Notes: generated from the sequence alone by a model not told the origin. 64,000 nt of DNA from Micavibrio sp. (GCA_040376705.1 JBEIQE010000005.1:64156-128155), one strand, 5' to 3'; counted from the first letter of the stretch, positions 47,494 to 57,574 are shown. Translations and numbers: made by a program.

Positions 47494-48330
47494 TCAAGCT
47501 GAAGCGAAATACAGCCAGTCTTCGCCAATCACGGCGTTTTCCTTGGGTAGCAGGATATAGCCGTCGGCCGGTGCTGTCAGCACACTGCCATCGCTATAGG
47601 TAGCCAGTAGCTCACCAGCTGTTACGGTTGAGAAATTCTCCCATTTCTTGGGGAAAGTGCCGTCCATCTTCTTGAAATGGATTTCACGCAGCGTGATGTA
47701 GCGTGGCTCATTAAGCGGCATGGGCGCTGCCATCAACCCAAAAAACTGCAAACTGGCCAAGGCAGCATCATAAGCGCGCTCGGGCGCAAGGGCATCGAGG
47801 TGCTGGCCGCACTCAAACGTCAGCGCCTTGCGGCCTACCTGATGGGCATATTCCTGCGTGCTCACTTCGCCATTATTCTCGAGGTGCAGCTCGGTCCAGC
47901 CCATCACCACATAATTGGCCCCCAGCTTGCCCACCCACTGGCGCGAAATGTCATCCGGAAAATCAAGGAATACATAAGGCTGTGTGGGTGCCGAGGTTGA
48001 ATGCAGGTCGAGCAGACAATCGGCAGCCGCCACCAGCGGACAGAGCGCGTTAGCCAGATGATGCTCATGCAGGGTTGGGTTGGCATGCGGGTGGAACACG
48101 CGGTTAAGGTTGGTATCGATATACTGTTTGCCCTGCTGCGCGGCTTTGGCGTTACACTGCGGCACGATGGTGAGCGTGCCTGTGGCAAGCTTCAGTTCGC
48201 CGCTTTCGAGCTGCTGCACCAGTTTGCGCGCAGCTATCTGTCCGCATACCTCTTTACCGTGAATACCGCCAAAGACCAGCAGATGCAGGCCTGCCTGCGC
48301 TGCTTTGAACGTGAATACCTCTGGCTGCAT
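47494..48330 (-). CDS. succinylglutamate desuccinylase/aspartoacylase (AstE/AspA) family zinc hydrolase
   Basis: N-terminal ..LLVFGGIHGKEVCG.. (His/Glu zinc ligands) and ..DLHS.. mid-region motif typical of AstE_AspA (M14-like) enzymes. Confidence 0.72.
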   Translation of the reverse strand: MQPEVFTFKAAQAGLHLLVFGGIHGKEVCGQIAARKLVQQLESGELKLATGTLTIVPQCNAKAAQQGKQYIDTNLNRVFHPHANPTLHEHHLANALCPLVAAADCLLDLHSTSAPTQPYVFLDFPDDISRQWVGKLGANYVVMGWTELHLENNGEVSTQEYAHQVGRKALTFECGQHLDALAPERAYDAALASLQFFGLMAAPMPLNEPRYITLREIHFKKMDGTFPKKWENFSTVTAGELLATYSDGSVLTAPADGYILLPKENAVIGEDWLYFASA

Positions 48331-48400
48331 GGACTATCCTCACATGAAAATGGCGTCAGCAACCATTGCTGGTACACTGACGCCATCAAACGAACAAGCC

Positions 48401-49885
48401 TTAGACGAGTGCGGGCTGTGCCTTAGGCGCGGTAAGTGCCTTGTTCAGGGCAATCATCTCGGCCTCGGTCTTGGCGATAACCACCGCACGGTAGCTGATA
48501 TGGTTGCCACCTGTGGGCACATCGACTACCGCCGGCACAATACCGGTATAACCGCTTTCAGCACCACGATAGAGGTTCTTGCCAAGGTGTTCCGCCACAA
48601 CTTCAAACGCATCGGTGCAGCCTTCAGGCAACGGCAGCTTGCAGCCCTTCGAGAAGGCATGCGGACGCTGGCCCAGATGCTGCTCGGCCTTATGCGCCAG
48701 GCCCAGCAGCGGCGATGCGCCTGAAAGGCGGGTATTGATGTCGTTCATATAAGCGCTCACCGTGCCGTCGGCATTCTCAACCGCAATGGCGTTCACGCTG
48801 ATATAACCGCGGTAGCCATCCTTGTGCATACGCTGCATCAGCTTGTCGGCTGCAATTTCAGTTGGCGTAACTACACGCTCATCTGCTGCCTGCGGCAAGC
48901 GGCTGCCCATATAATGGCCGTTCTGGGTTGAGAGCACGGTGTTTTCAACATGGGTTACGCCCTTGTCACCGATAATCGCTTTCACGCCCACATCGTCGAT
49001 CTTGCCAATCACACCGGGCAGTTTGCCCACATCCACTTCCATCACAATCGGCATGAAGCGCTGAATACCTTTAAACGGATTCTGCGGATCAATCTTGGCA
49101 GTGTTATCGGCAAAGAAACCGCAATCCTGATAGGCCTTGGCAATTTCGCCAAAGGCTTCCATCAGCGAATCTGGGGTTGCATCAGGCTTGCTGATTACGC
49201 CCTGACCGCCCGAAAGCGAGGTGGGCTTGATCCAGACTTTGGTGGTCTCGGGATCGATGCCCTTCTTGAGCATCATGGCGCGGAACTTTCCAGCCTTGGC
49301 GAAAATATCCTTCGGGTCTTCAATCACAACACCGGGGGGCGCGTCAAAGCCCTCTTCAACCGACGTCTGGTGCAGGTATTCCTTACCCACAAACTTGAGG
49401 AAGGTTGAGTTGCTCATCAGCACGCTGGCACCAGTTTTTTCAGCCAGGGCTTCAACCTCTTCGGTTACATACGAGTTGACGATAACCTTACCCTTCAGCA
49501 GGTTCTGGGTTTCAGGCGTATGTGCGGTTGATAGCAGCGCTGTGATAATCGACGCCTCAGGATAGCGGCGGCCCTCAGCAACTGGCTCAATCGCCTTAAG
49601 CGTGCCGCCCTCGGCCAGATAGGTTGAGACATATTGCTGCTGCGCGCGGGTGAGCGGGAAGTGCAGCGCCACGCTTTGCGGGCCAGACATGGCCAGCGTA
49701 TAAGCGGTTGAAACACCTTCAAGGTCGTCAGTCGCGGTCATGCGCCAGGTTGCGCCCTTGGGGTCAACCACCAGCGAATTGATGAAGACAGCATCAGCGG
49801 GCTGCAGGCCCAGATGCTCGGCATAGCTCGCAAAGCCATTAGCCAGATTACCGCGGGTCCATTTGAATTGATGAGGTGTGGTCAT
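48401..49885 (-). CDS. ATP-grasp-fold carboxylate-amine ligase (amidoligase), 494 aa
   Basis: ..KVWIKPTSLSGGQGVISKP.. matches ATP-grasp phosphate-binding loop (hKP..GSGGxGV). C-terminal ..AYMNDINTRLSGASP.. resembles the E/NxN catalytic loop. Paired with AstE/AspA-family gene as in known amidoligase/peptidase associations. Confidence 0.55.
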   Translation of the reverse strand: MTTPHQFKWTRGNLANGFASYAEHLGLQPADAVFINSLVVDPKGATWRMTATDDLEGVSTAYTLAMSGPQSVALHFPLTRAQQQYVSTYLAEGGTLKAIEPVAEGRRYPEASIITALLSTAHTPETQNLLKGKVIVNSYVTEEVEALAEKTGASVLMSNSTFLKFVGKEYLHQTSVEEGFDAPPGVVIEDPKDIFAKAGKFRAMMLKKGIDPETTKVWIKPTSLSGGQGVISKPDATPDSLMEAFGEIAKAYQDCGFFADNTAKIDPQNPFKGIQRFMPIVMEVDVGKLPGVIGKIDDVGVKAIIGDKGVTHVENTVLSTQNGHYMGSRLPQAADERVVTPTEIAADKLMQRMHKDGYRGYISVNAIAVENADGTVSAYMNDINTRLSGASPLLGLAHKAEQHLGQRPHAFSKGCKLPLPEGCTDAFEVVAEHLGKNLYRGAESGYTGIVPAVVDVPTGGNHISYRAVVIAKTEAEMIALNKALTAPKAQPALV

Positions 49886-50112
49886 TTTTTCTCTCGCAAA
49901 TACAGGTGTTAAAATAAAAAGCCCTAAGCTGTTTAAAGCGGGTTAGCCCCTTGGAATTTGCCTGTATTTTGGAAAAAATGGTCAGCCAGATCCTTCGGGA
50001 TTACCCGCGGATTCGTCGTCGCAAAGACTTGGCCTGATTCAACATGTTTCCCTTATACATTCGGTAGAGCCGGATTCACAATATAAAATCTCTAAAATTC
50101 AAACATTAATAT

Positions 50113-50622
50113 TCAAAGCTGTATGGCCGCGTAATCGAGCACGCTCAAACCACGTGGCGTAATCACCGCCACTGTCGCTCTGGTTACATGACCAAACTGC
50201 AAGCTGGGCGGGGCTAAATACTCATGCGCCAGCAGATTATCGAAAATCGCTGCCGCGCGTGCCGGGCCCACATGACACGCGCCAAAACCAGCCGCGACCA
50301 GGCCTTCGCTATGCGCTGTCTGCAAAATGGCTTTGGCTGCAGCCTGAATAACAAGGTCAGGATTACGGCCCATCAGCATATCGGCCATTGCCTCGCCAGC
50401 TACGGTCAGCTGATAGCCCATCATGCTCTGGCCGTGTTCCTTCATACCTGCAAGCTGCACCAGCCTGCCGTATTCCAGCGCAGCAATCGCCTCTTCAAAC
50501 CCAACACCGCGAGGTGCATAAGCGGCATAGGTAGCGCGCAGGTCATCGCCGCTCATGCAGCCGTTTTTATTCAGCGCAATCGGCTCGACAATGGCAAGAG
50601 TGGCTTTCACGAGATCGCGCAT
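50113..50622 (-). CDS. hypothetical protein, paralog pair member 1 (169 aa)
   Basis: Shares H[VI]GPAR-x3-I-x3-L-x2-H-x-Y block (CHVGPARAAAIFDNLLAHEYLA) with the adjacent gene. Confidence 0.45.
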   Translation of the reverse strand: MRDLVKATLAIVEPIALNKNGCMSGDDLRATYAAYAPRGVGFEEAIAALEYGRLVQLAGMKEHGQSMMGYQLTVAGEAMADMLMGRNPDLVIQAAAKAILQTAHSEGLVAAGFGACHVGPARAAAIFDNLLAHEYLAPPSLQFGHVTRATVAVITPRGLSVLDYAAIQL

Positions 50623-50634
50623 CAGGCTGGCTCC

Positions 50635-51108
50635 TTAACCGGCATAACTGCATTTTTGCATGACTGCCTGCCCAAGCTGGGTCAGGCGGTATGTACGGCC
50701 CAAATGTAACTGTTCAACATAGGCATGCTCGGTAAGGCTGGAGATAATACCATTATGGCGCGCCGGTCCGATATGAGTTGGCCTGATGTTTCCCGGGTGC
50801 TCACCAAAGGCAACTCCCTGGAGGATTCGTACGGCAGCATCCATCTCGAATAGCTTGATCTGATGAGCAGAAAGACCGCGGAAGCTATCAGCCATGCGCT
50901 CGCCTTTGGTGCTGAGCATGACCTTATCCTTGGCGGTATTGGGCTTGATCGCGCCAATCTGGTGCAGCTGAATGACGGCGGCGTCAAACACCTCCATGGG
51001 CTGACCGGATACCTTGGCGATGCGCAACATGACGGCAGGCGAGACAGCTGCCCCAGTAATAGCCATTCTCTCGATGATATGACGGGCCATCAGTTCCTGA
51101 GGGATCAT
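50635..51108 (-). CDS. hypothetical protein, paralog pair member 2 (157 aa)
   Basis: THIGPARHNGIISSLTEHAYVEQ block; same strand, 12-bp spacing to paralog. Confidence 0.45.
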   Translation of the reverse strand: MIPQELMARHIIERMAITGAAVSPAVMLRIAKVSGQPMEVFDAAVIQLHQIGAIKPNTAKDKVMLSTKGERMADSFRGLSAHQIKLFEMDAAVRILQGVAFGEHPGNIRPTHIGPARHNGIISSLTEHAYVEQLHLGRTYRLTQLGQAVMQKCSYAG

Positions 51109-51251
51109 GTGCTCTGCTCCACATTTGAATTTGAATGTGAAGTTAAATTACCAAACATGCAGGGTTTGGCGCAAACACTATTAAGTGCTGTTAACCTTAA
51201 CGAGATTTAGTAAGTCGTTCGGCTGACGGCAAAACCAGTTAGCTCAATGAG

Positions 51252-53687
51252 TTACCTTGCACTATCACCCGGCACGAGGATCTCGCGCTTACCTACATGG
51301 TTGGAAGGACCCACGAGGCCTTCCTGCTCCATGCGCTCAATCAGGCGGGCGGCACGATTGTACCCAATCTGCAGGCAGCGCTGAATGTAACTGGTAGTGG
51401 CCTTGCGCTCACGCAGCACAATCTGCACCGCCTGATCATAAAGCGCATCGCCCGAACCATCGCCGCCACCATCCACACCGGGCATGCCGAAGCTCTCTTC
51501 TTCTTCCTTGGTCACATCTTCAAGGTAGCTGGGCTCGCCCTGTGTCTTGAGGTGGCGTACCACGGTTTCAACTTCATGATCTGATGCAAACGGGCCGTGT
51601 ACGCGGGTAATGCGCCCACCGCCAGCCATGAACAGCATATCGCCCTGACCCAGCAGCTGCTCGGCACCCTGCTCACCCAAAATGGTGCGGCTGTCGATCT
51701 TGCTAGTCACCTGGAATGACATACGGGTAGGGAAGTTGGCTTTAATGGTACCGGTGATAACGTCAACCGACGGACGCTGCGTGGCCATGATGAGGTGGAT
51801 ACCCGCCGCACGCGCCATCTGCGCCAAACGCTGAATGGCGGCTTCAATATCCTTACCCGCAACCAGCATGAGGTCGGCCATTTCGTCGACCACCACTACG
51901 ATGTAGGGCAGCTCGGTGAGATCCATCGGCTGGTCTTCAAACACCGGCTTGCCGGTATCACTATCAAACCCGGTCTGCACACGGCGGGTGAGCACTTCGC
52001 CCTTGGCGCGGACATCCCTAATACGTTCGTTATAACCATCGATGTTACGCACGCCCAGCTTGGCCATGGCGCGGTAGCGGTCTTCCATTTCGCGCACGGT
52101 CCACTTGAGCGCGACCACGGCCTTCTTCGGCTCGGTTACAACCGGTGCCAGCAAATGCGGGATGCCCTCGTAGATGCTGAGTTCAAGCATCTTGGGGTCG
52201 ACCATGATAAAGCGCACCTGCTCGGGCGTGAGCTTATAGAGCAGGGAGAGGATCATGGTGTTGATCGAAACCGACTTACCCGAACCCGTGGTACCCGCCA
52301 CCAGCAAATGTGGCATACGGGCCAAGTCGGCTACCATCGGCTCACCGCTGATGTCTTTACCCAAAGCCAGCGGCAGCTTGGCCGGGCCCTTGGTATAAGA
52401 GGGGTGTGCCAGCAGCTCGCGCAAGTAAACTGTCTCGCGTTTCTTGTTCGGCAGCTCGATACCCAGCACATTGCGGCCCGGTACAGTGGCAACACGTACC
52501 GAAATTGCACTCATCTGGCGGGCGATATCATCAGACAGGCCAATCACGCGGGCAGACTTGGTACCCGGCGCGGGCTCAAGCTCGTAAAGTGTAACAACCG
52601 GGCCTTGTGAGCCCTTAAGGATTTTACCCTCAACGCCAAAGTCGCCCAGCACACCCACGAGGTCTTGGGCGGTTTCGCTGATCTGCGCTTCGCTCTGTTT
52701 GGGGCCGCCTTTATCAGGCGTGGCCAGAACCTCGAGCGAGGGGAACTCGTACCGGCCATAAGCGGTATTCACAGCCTTGCGCTTGCGTTCGGCGGTGGCG
52801 GCCACCTTCTTGGGGCGCTCAGCCGTGCGGCCACCGGCCAGCGGCAGCTCTTCGGCCACTTCGTCTTCTTCCTCATCCACCTCAAAGCTTTCGGCTTCGG
52901 CATCAGCAGGGGTGTCATCCATATTGCGTTCGGTGAGCAGCGGACGCTTCTTGCGGCGGATGGGGGCTGCCACTTCTTCAGCATCATCATCCTTACGGCG
53001 AAGCTTCACAATAAAGGCCATCACCATGGCAACAGCACTTACAGCCAGCCAGCGCAGGGTCTTGAGCAGGCGTAGGCCACCCGTACCCCACTGCCCGTAT
53101 GAGAAGCCCATAGCCGGGAAGAGCATAACAGCCGCGACCACCGCGCACAGGCCCGCAGGCCAGGCCGCCGAAAAGCCTTTCCAGGCGCCGGGTAAACTGC
53201 TGGTCACGATATCGAGCAGGAACAAGCCCACAGCACCGCCGGTTTGCGCGCCATAAGGCCAAGCGCCAAATTCAGGCAGGCCAGCAAAAGCCGCTGCCGC
53301 AAGGAAAGTAGCAACAACGGTAAAGCCAATGCGCCAGCCGATGAACGGCAACGGCTGCTTGAGCAGCAGGCGCAGGCCCCAACTACCAATCATGATGGCA
53401 GGAATAAACGCAGCAATACCAAGCGACTGCGCCATGAGGTCGGCAAAGTAACTGCCCGAGGTGCCCAGCCAGTTGAGGGCATTCACATTCTCGCTTGCCG
53501 TATTATATGACGGATCGGCCGGGTTATAGGTAAGTAGCGCTACACATATAAGTATAGCGGTGATGACCAACGCAGCACCCATACCCTCGTACAAGCGACG
53601 GCGCAGGAACGCCGCCACCAAAGGAGGGAAGAGAGGGGGCCGCCCATCCTGCGAGGATGCGGCATAACGGGAACTGGTATATGTCAT
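51252..53687 (-). CDS. ftsK: DNA translocase FtsK
   Basis: N-terminal TM domain, Pro/acidic linker, motor domain with Walker [22 protein letters not shown]-terminal gamma winged-helix (..[35 protein letters not shown]..). Confidence 0.95.
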   Translation of the reverse strand: MTYTSSRYAASSQDGRPPLFPPLVAAFLRRRLYEGMGAALVITAILICVALLTYNPADPSYNTASENVNALNWLGTSGSYFADLMAQSLGIAAFIPAIMIGSWGLRLLLKQPLPFIGWRIGFTVVATFLAAAAFAGLPEFGAWPYGAQTGGAVGLFLLDIVTSSLPGAWKGFSAAWPAGLCAVVAAVMLFPAMGFSYGQWGTGGLRLLKTLRWLAVSAVAMVMAFIVKLRRKDDDAEEVAAPIRRKKRPLLTERNMDDTPADAEAESFEVDEEEDEVAEELPLAGGRTAERPKKVAATAERKRKAVNTAYGRYEFPSLEVLATPDKGGPKQSEAQISETAQDLVGVLGDFGVEGKILKGSQGPVVTLYELEPAPGTKSARVIGLSDDIARQMSAISVRVATVPGRNVLGIELPNKKRETVYLRELLAHPSYTKGPAKLPLALGKDISGEPMVADLARMPHLLVAGTTGSGKSVSINTMILSLLYKLTPEQVRFIMVDPKMLELSIYEGIPHLLAPVVTEPKKAVVALKWTVREMEDRYRAMAKLGVRNIDGYNERIRDVRAKGEVLTRRVQTGFDSDTGKPVFEDQPMDLTELPYIVVVVDEMADLMLVAGKDIEAAIQRLAQMARAAGIHLIMATQRPSVDVITGTIKANFPTRMSFQVTSKIDSRTILGEQGAEQLLGQGDMLFMAGGGRITRVHGPFASDHEVETVVRHLKTQGEPSYLEDVTKEEEESFGMPGVDGGGDGSGDALYDQAVQIVLRERKATTSYIQRCLQIGYNRAARLIERMEQEGLVGPSNHVGKREILVPGDSAR

Positions 53688-53756
53688 GTCAGGGCGTAGT
53701 TTAGCTTTTGTTCTAGAATCCGCACAAGCCGTGGTTTAGCTTGGCGCGGAGAAAAA

Positions 53757-55040
53757 GTGGAGATTGCCATGCCGAAACGGAATAAATCGTTAACTGGAGA
53801 GTTAACTGCCGATGTAATCGTGGTGGGTGGCGGTCTGGCCGGCCTTTCGCTGACCGCGGCGCTCGGCAGTGCCGGTGTTAACGCGCTTTGTCTCGATCGT
53901 GAGACTCCAGCCGCGCAGCTGGCCGTGAAGTACGATGGCCGCACCACCGCCGTGTCCTATGCATCACAGCAAATTCTCTCGGCTATAGGCGTATGGCCAC
54001 TGGTTGAAAAAGAATCCCAGCCCATTCTCGATATCCGCGTAACGGATGGTAATTCACCCAAACACCTGCACTTCCCCTCGGGCGCCGTGAACGGCGAGCC
54101 GTTTGGCTGGATCGTGGATAACCGCGAGCTGCGCCGCGGCCTGTTCAAGCGCCTCGAAACCCTTAAAGATGCGCACCACCTTGCGCCCGCCGCGGTTAAG
54201 TCGATCAAGGCACATCCCGATTATGCTGAGGTGGTGCTCACCAATGGCGAGGTCCTCACCGCCAAGCTGATTGTAGGCGCAGATGGCAAAGACAGCCTGT
54301 GCCGCGAGCAGGCCGGCATCAAAACCCGCACCCGCGCCTATAACCAAAGCGCGATTGTATGCACCATTGCCTGCGAAAAGCCGCATGAGGGCACGGCTCT
54401 GGAGAACTTCCGCCCGGCCGGGCCTTTTGCGGTTCTGCCCATGAAGCCCTCAAGTAGCGGAGCGGTAGGGCAGAAATATATCAATAAATGCTCGATTGTC
54501 TGGTCGGACGATAATGACCTCGCCCCGCATTACCTGAAGCTTTCGGATGCCGAATTCGTGGCTGAGCTGCAGGACCGGATTGGCGATTGGCTGGGTAAAA
54601 TCACCCTCGCCTCGCCGCGCTTTGTCTACCCGCTGTCACTGCTACATGCCGCCCGCTATACCGCGCCTCGTTTGGCATTAATAAGTGAAGCTGCCCACCG
54701 CATGCACCCGATCGCGGGCCAAGGCCTTAATATTGGTATGCGCGATGTGGCCCTGCTGGCCGAACTGGTAGCCGATGCCTTACGTGAAGGTCAGGATATC
54801 GGGTCCGAGAAACTCCTCAAAACCTACGAACAGGGCCGCAAAACCGATACCATGGCCATGCTGGCGGGTACGGATGTGCTGACCCACCTGTTCTCCAACC
54901 GCTCGCCCACCCTCACCATGCTGCGCCGCACTGGTTTGGCTGGCGTTAACCGCACCACCCACCTCAAGGGCTTTTTCATGCGTTACGCCATGGGGCTGGT
55001 TGGGCCGCAAACCCGCCTAGGCCAGCGTTTACCATTATAA
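53757..55040 (+). CDS. ubiH: UbiH/UbiF/Coq6-family FAD-dependent ubiquinone-biosynthesis hydroxylase
   Basis: DVIVVGGGLAGLSLTAAL Rossmann motif, ..LIVGADGKDSLCR.. and C-terminal ..AAHRMHPIAGQGLNIGMRD.. conserved in UbiH/F/VisC. Confidence 0.85.
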   Translation: MEIAMPKRNKSLTGELTADVIVVGGGLAGLSLTAALGSAGVNALCLDRETPAAQLAVKYDGRTTAVSYASQQILSAIGVWPLVEKESQPILDIRVTDGNSPKHLHFPSGAVNGEPFGWIVDNRELRRGLFKRLETLKDAHHLAPAAVKSIKAHPDYAEVVLTNGEVLTAKLIVGADGKDSLCREQAGIKTRTRAYNQSAIVCTIACEKPHEGTALENFRPAGPFAVLPMKPSSSGAVGQKYINKCSIVWSDDNDLAPHYLKLSDAEFVAELQDRIGDWLGKITLASPRFVYPLSLLHAARYTAPRLALISEAAHRMHPIAGQGLNIGMRDVALLAELVADALREGQDIGSEKLLKTYEQGRKTDTMAMLAGTDVLTHLFSNRSPTLTMLRRTGLAGVNRTTHLKGFFMRYAMGLVGPQTRLGQRLPL

Positions 55041-55094
55041 AAGCTTGGATTCGTCGTCCAGCTGTTGTTAAGCTCCCTGCGGGAGACAACAATA

Positions 55095-55529
55095 ATGAAA
55101 CCCTTGGGCAGACGAACAGGTATGGACCTCGATAATCTCGAAAGCCGTAAGGACTCCGATATTCTGGCAAGCTTCCACGGCGTTGAGCAAGTCTATGACG
55201 AGGCTCAGTGCAAGGATGTATTCATGGCCGTCATGCAAACGCAGGGCGGTGAAGCACGCATGGTTGGCATTACCCAGATCATGGGTCTGCGCATGGCCTT
55301 CACCATGACCAGTGAAGCGAATGCCGGCAGCGCCAAGCGCTTTGCCCTCTTGCAGCAGGAAGACTTTGCCACCGAACGCGCCAATGCCGCGATTGAGCTG
55401 GCCATAGAGGCCGCCAAAGCAGGCACGGCACCTGTCATTTTAAGCGCTGAGAACTTCCCGGAGAGTGTGGTGAGCGAGAGCGCCGGTATTTTGGCCCGCT
55501 ATAAAAAGGGCAGCACATTAGGAGGCTAG
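55095..55529 (+). CDS. small hypothetical protein A (member of 4-paralog family)
   Basis: GGAGA Shine-Dalgarno before ATG 55095 (track ORF from 55065). Block ASFHGVEQVYDEAQCKDVFMAVMQTQGGEARMVGI shared with B/C/D. Confidence 0.45.
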   Translation: MKPLGRRTGMDLDNLESRKDSDILASFHGVEQVYDEAQCKDVFMAVMQTQGGEARMVGITQIMGLRMAFTMTSEANAGSAKRFALLQQEDFATERANAAIELAIEAAKAGTAPVILSAENFPESVVSESAGILARYKKGSTLGG

Positions 55530-55530
55530 C

Positions 55531-55971
55531 ATGGCGCACCTGAGTGATATCAAACACCGTAGTGATGATGCGCTTTATGCGCGCTTTCATGGGTTTGAGT
55601 ACGGGCCCGACAACGCTATTCTCGCGGTGATGGAACGTCACGATGGCAAGCCCGAGATGGTGGGTATGGATACGCTCTACCTCATCCATCGCAATTACGA
55701 AGAATGCAAACGCCTGCCGCATCTCACGCCCTATCGCATGAGCCTGCTCGCAAGTGAAGATGCATTGGTGTCAGATGTTGGCGCGCATATGAATGACGTG
55801 CGCATTGCCAGCTTCCCGCCTAAGCGCACAGCTACGTGCCCGACGCAGGAGTTCATCATCGCTGCGCCCAGCTTCCCTGCCAGCATTGAACAACAGGCCG
55901 CAACTGTGTGGCAGAAGTTTAGCGGCACTACACTTGCACGCACTCTCAAGCCTAATCCGGTGCATTCATGA
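55531..55971 (+). CDS. small hypothetical protein B (paralog)
   Basis: ARFHGFEYGPDNAILAVMERHDGKPEMVGM; starts 2 nt after A stop. Confidence 0.45.
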   Translation: MAHLSDIKHRSDDALYARFHGFEYGPDNAILAVMERHDGKPEMVGMDTLYLIHRNYEECKRLPHLTPYRMSLLASEDALVSDVGAHMNDVRIASFPPKRTATCPTQEFIIAAPSFPASIEQQAATVWQKFSGTTLARTLKPNPVHS

Positions 55972-56372
55972 AGTTTCCGTGGCGCAAGAGTGAGCAGAAC
56001 CCGGCCGAGAAAATCGCCAGCTTTCAAGGCGTGCTTGAGGATCTCGATAAAACACCCGTCGCCATGTTTGCACTGGTGAGCGGCAAAGAGTTTGGCCTGA
56101 CCATGGAAGACCTCGGCGAGCTGGTTGAAAACCACAATGAGCTGCTCTTTCACGGCGGCGCCATGCCACCCGAGGAACGTAATGTTATCGCGCGTGAACG
56201 CCAGCTGGCCTATGACGGTGCTTTTGCGCTTTCGCGACAGTTCAACCTGCTGCTCGACGACCGCCTGCGCCCTTACGAAGCGCCCAAAGAACGCCAGCCC
56301 GGGCCGGCGCAAGCCAATGAGTATGCACAACTCATGCAGCGCCTTGCCGTTAGAAGCCTGAAGCGAGAGTAA
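55968..56372 (+). CDS. small hypothetical protein C (paralog)
   Basis: ASFQGVLEDLDKTPVAMFALVSGKEFGLTMEDLGELVENH; 4-bp overlap with B. Confidence 0.45.
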   Translation: MKFPWRKSEQNPAEKIASFQGVLEDLDKTPVAMFALVSGKEFGLTMEDLGELVENHNELLFHGGAMPPEERNVIARERQLAYDGAFALSRQFNLLLDDRLRPYEAPKERQPGPAQANEYAQLMQRLAVRSLKRE

Positions 56373-56374
56373 TC

Positions 56375-56770
56375 ATGCCGTGGTGGAAAACCTGTGAGCA
56401 GATAGCAGCCCAGCGCCTGAACCGTTTTGTGGTTGCCACCACCGATCCGGACGAGGCCTGCATTGCCGTGTTCAAGCGCGAAGATGATGCCGATGTGGGC
56501 CTGACCATGAAGGACCTTGGCGAATTGGTGGAGCGCCATCGCGAGCGCCTTGAAAACAAGCTGACCCCACCTTCACAGCGCGAATGGATGGAGCGCGAGG
56601 TCTCGCTGGCCTTTATTGGTGCACGCCGCCTGCAGCAGGTGTTTGGCCTGCCGCTACACGAAGCCTTCACGCCGCAAACTGCACAGCCCGAGCCTGTGCT
56701 GAACGGCGATAGCGCAAAACTCTATACCGGCTTGATGCGCCGCCTTACCTCGGCTAAACCGGGTTTATGA
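56375..56770 (+). CDS. small hypothetical protein D (paralog)
   Basis: NRFVVATTDPDEACIAVFKREDDADVGLTMKDLGELVERH; near-identical GLTM.DLGELVE block to C. Confidence 0.45.
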   Translation: MPWWKTCEQIAAQRLNRFVVATTDPDEACIAVFKREDDADVGLTMKDLGELVERHRERLENKLTPPSQREWMEREVSLAFIGARRLQQVFGLPLHEAFTPQTAQPEPVLNGDSAKLYTGLMRRLTSAKPGL

Positions 56771-57060
56771 GCAAAACCTACACCATCGTCGAAAAATCGC
56801 AGAACAACAGCATGGGGCCCAAGCAGTTTGGGGGCGCGGGCTGGTGGTTTGTGTTACAGGGTAAGTTTAGCGATATGGCTCCCATGTCGTTTGTCGGCCA
56901 ATTTGGCAGCGTTGTGACCAGTAACGGCCCGCAGGCTGTGGAAGTGGTCGATGCGCAGCTGCGCAACGGTGTGCTCTCGGTCAAGCTTGATGGCACCAAT
57001 GGTGAACTGCTGGACGGAGCGCTGGTAGGCCGTCAGGCCGAGCTGACCATTGGCACCTAG
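56767..57060 (+). CDS. small hypothetical protein E (97 aa, beta-rich)
   Basis: 4-bp overlap with D; ..GAGWWFVLQGKFSDMAPMSFVGQFGSVV.. . Confidence 0.4.
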   Translation: MSKTYTIVEKSQNNSMGPKQFGGAGWWFVLQGKFSDMAPMSFVGQFGSVVTSNGPQAVEVVDAQLRNGVLSVKLDGTNGELLDGALVGRQAELTIGT

Positions 57061-57157
57061 CCGACACTAGACGGCACCCGAACCCTACTTGACGCTCCGC
57101 ACATTCCTGCAACAATTACCTGCATAAGCAGACCACAGAGTTTGCACAACAGGGACT

Positions 57158-57574
57158 ATGGGCATGATCGAGCAACTGGCGCGCCGCCAGCCGGGCAGCT
57201 TTTTAACTACATATGTTGACGTGGTGAGTAACAACGAGCCACGCGGCGGCATTGTGTGCATCTTCCAGCGGAGCGATAGCAAACTGGCCTTTGTGCACGA
57301 GAGCGACCTTATGCACTACGAGCGCCTGCATAACATGCTGAATGACAGTAAATGCGCGCATTTTCCGCTAGTGAAAAACTTCAACCCTGCCTGCCGGGCT
57401 GAAGCAGCGCATGAATGGATGGCGCTTGAAGCCGCCCGCGTGGGCCTGAAACACAAACGCGGGATCGACCCCTACGCCGGCCTCTCGCCTTACGATATTG
57501 CCCGCAAACTGTTCGCACGCTTGCGCAGCGGCATTCCTCCCGCCGGTTATAAAAAGCCGGAAGGGCCGGGTTAA
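57158..57574 (+). CDS. hypothetical protein F (138 aa)
   Basis: Last gene of the same-strand run; basic C-terminus. Confidence 0.4.
   Translation: MGMIEQLARRQPGSFLTTYVDVVSNNEPRGGIVCIFQRSDSKLAFVHESDLMHYERLHNMLNDSKCAHFPLVKNFNPACRAEAAHEWMALEAARVGLKHKRGIDPYAGLSPYDIARKLFARLRSGIPPAGYKKPEGPG

Noticed and set aside
51795-52610. 271-aa plus-strand ORF within ftsK, and 52777-53256
   Set aside because: Antisense to the FtsK motor or linker regions. His/Arg/Gly-rich artefact.
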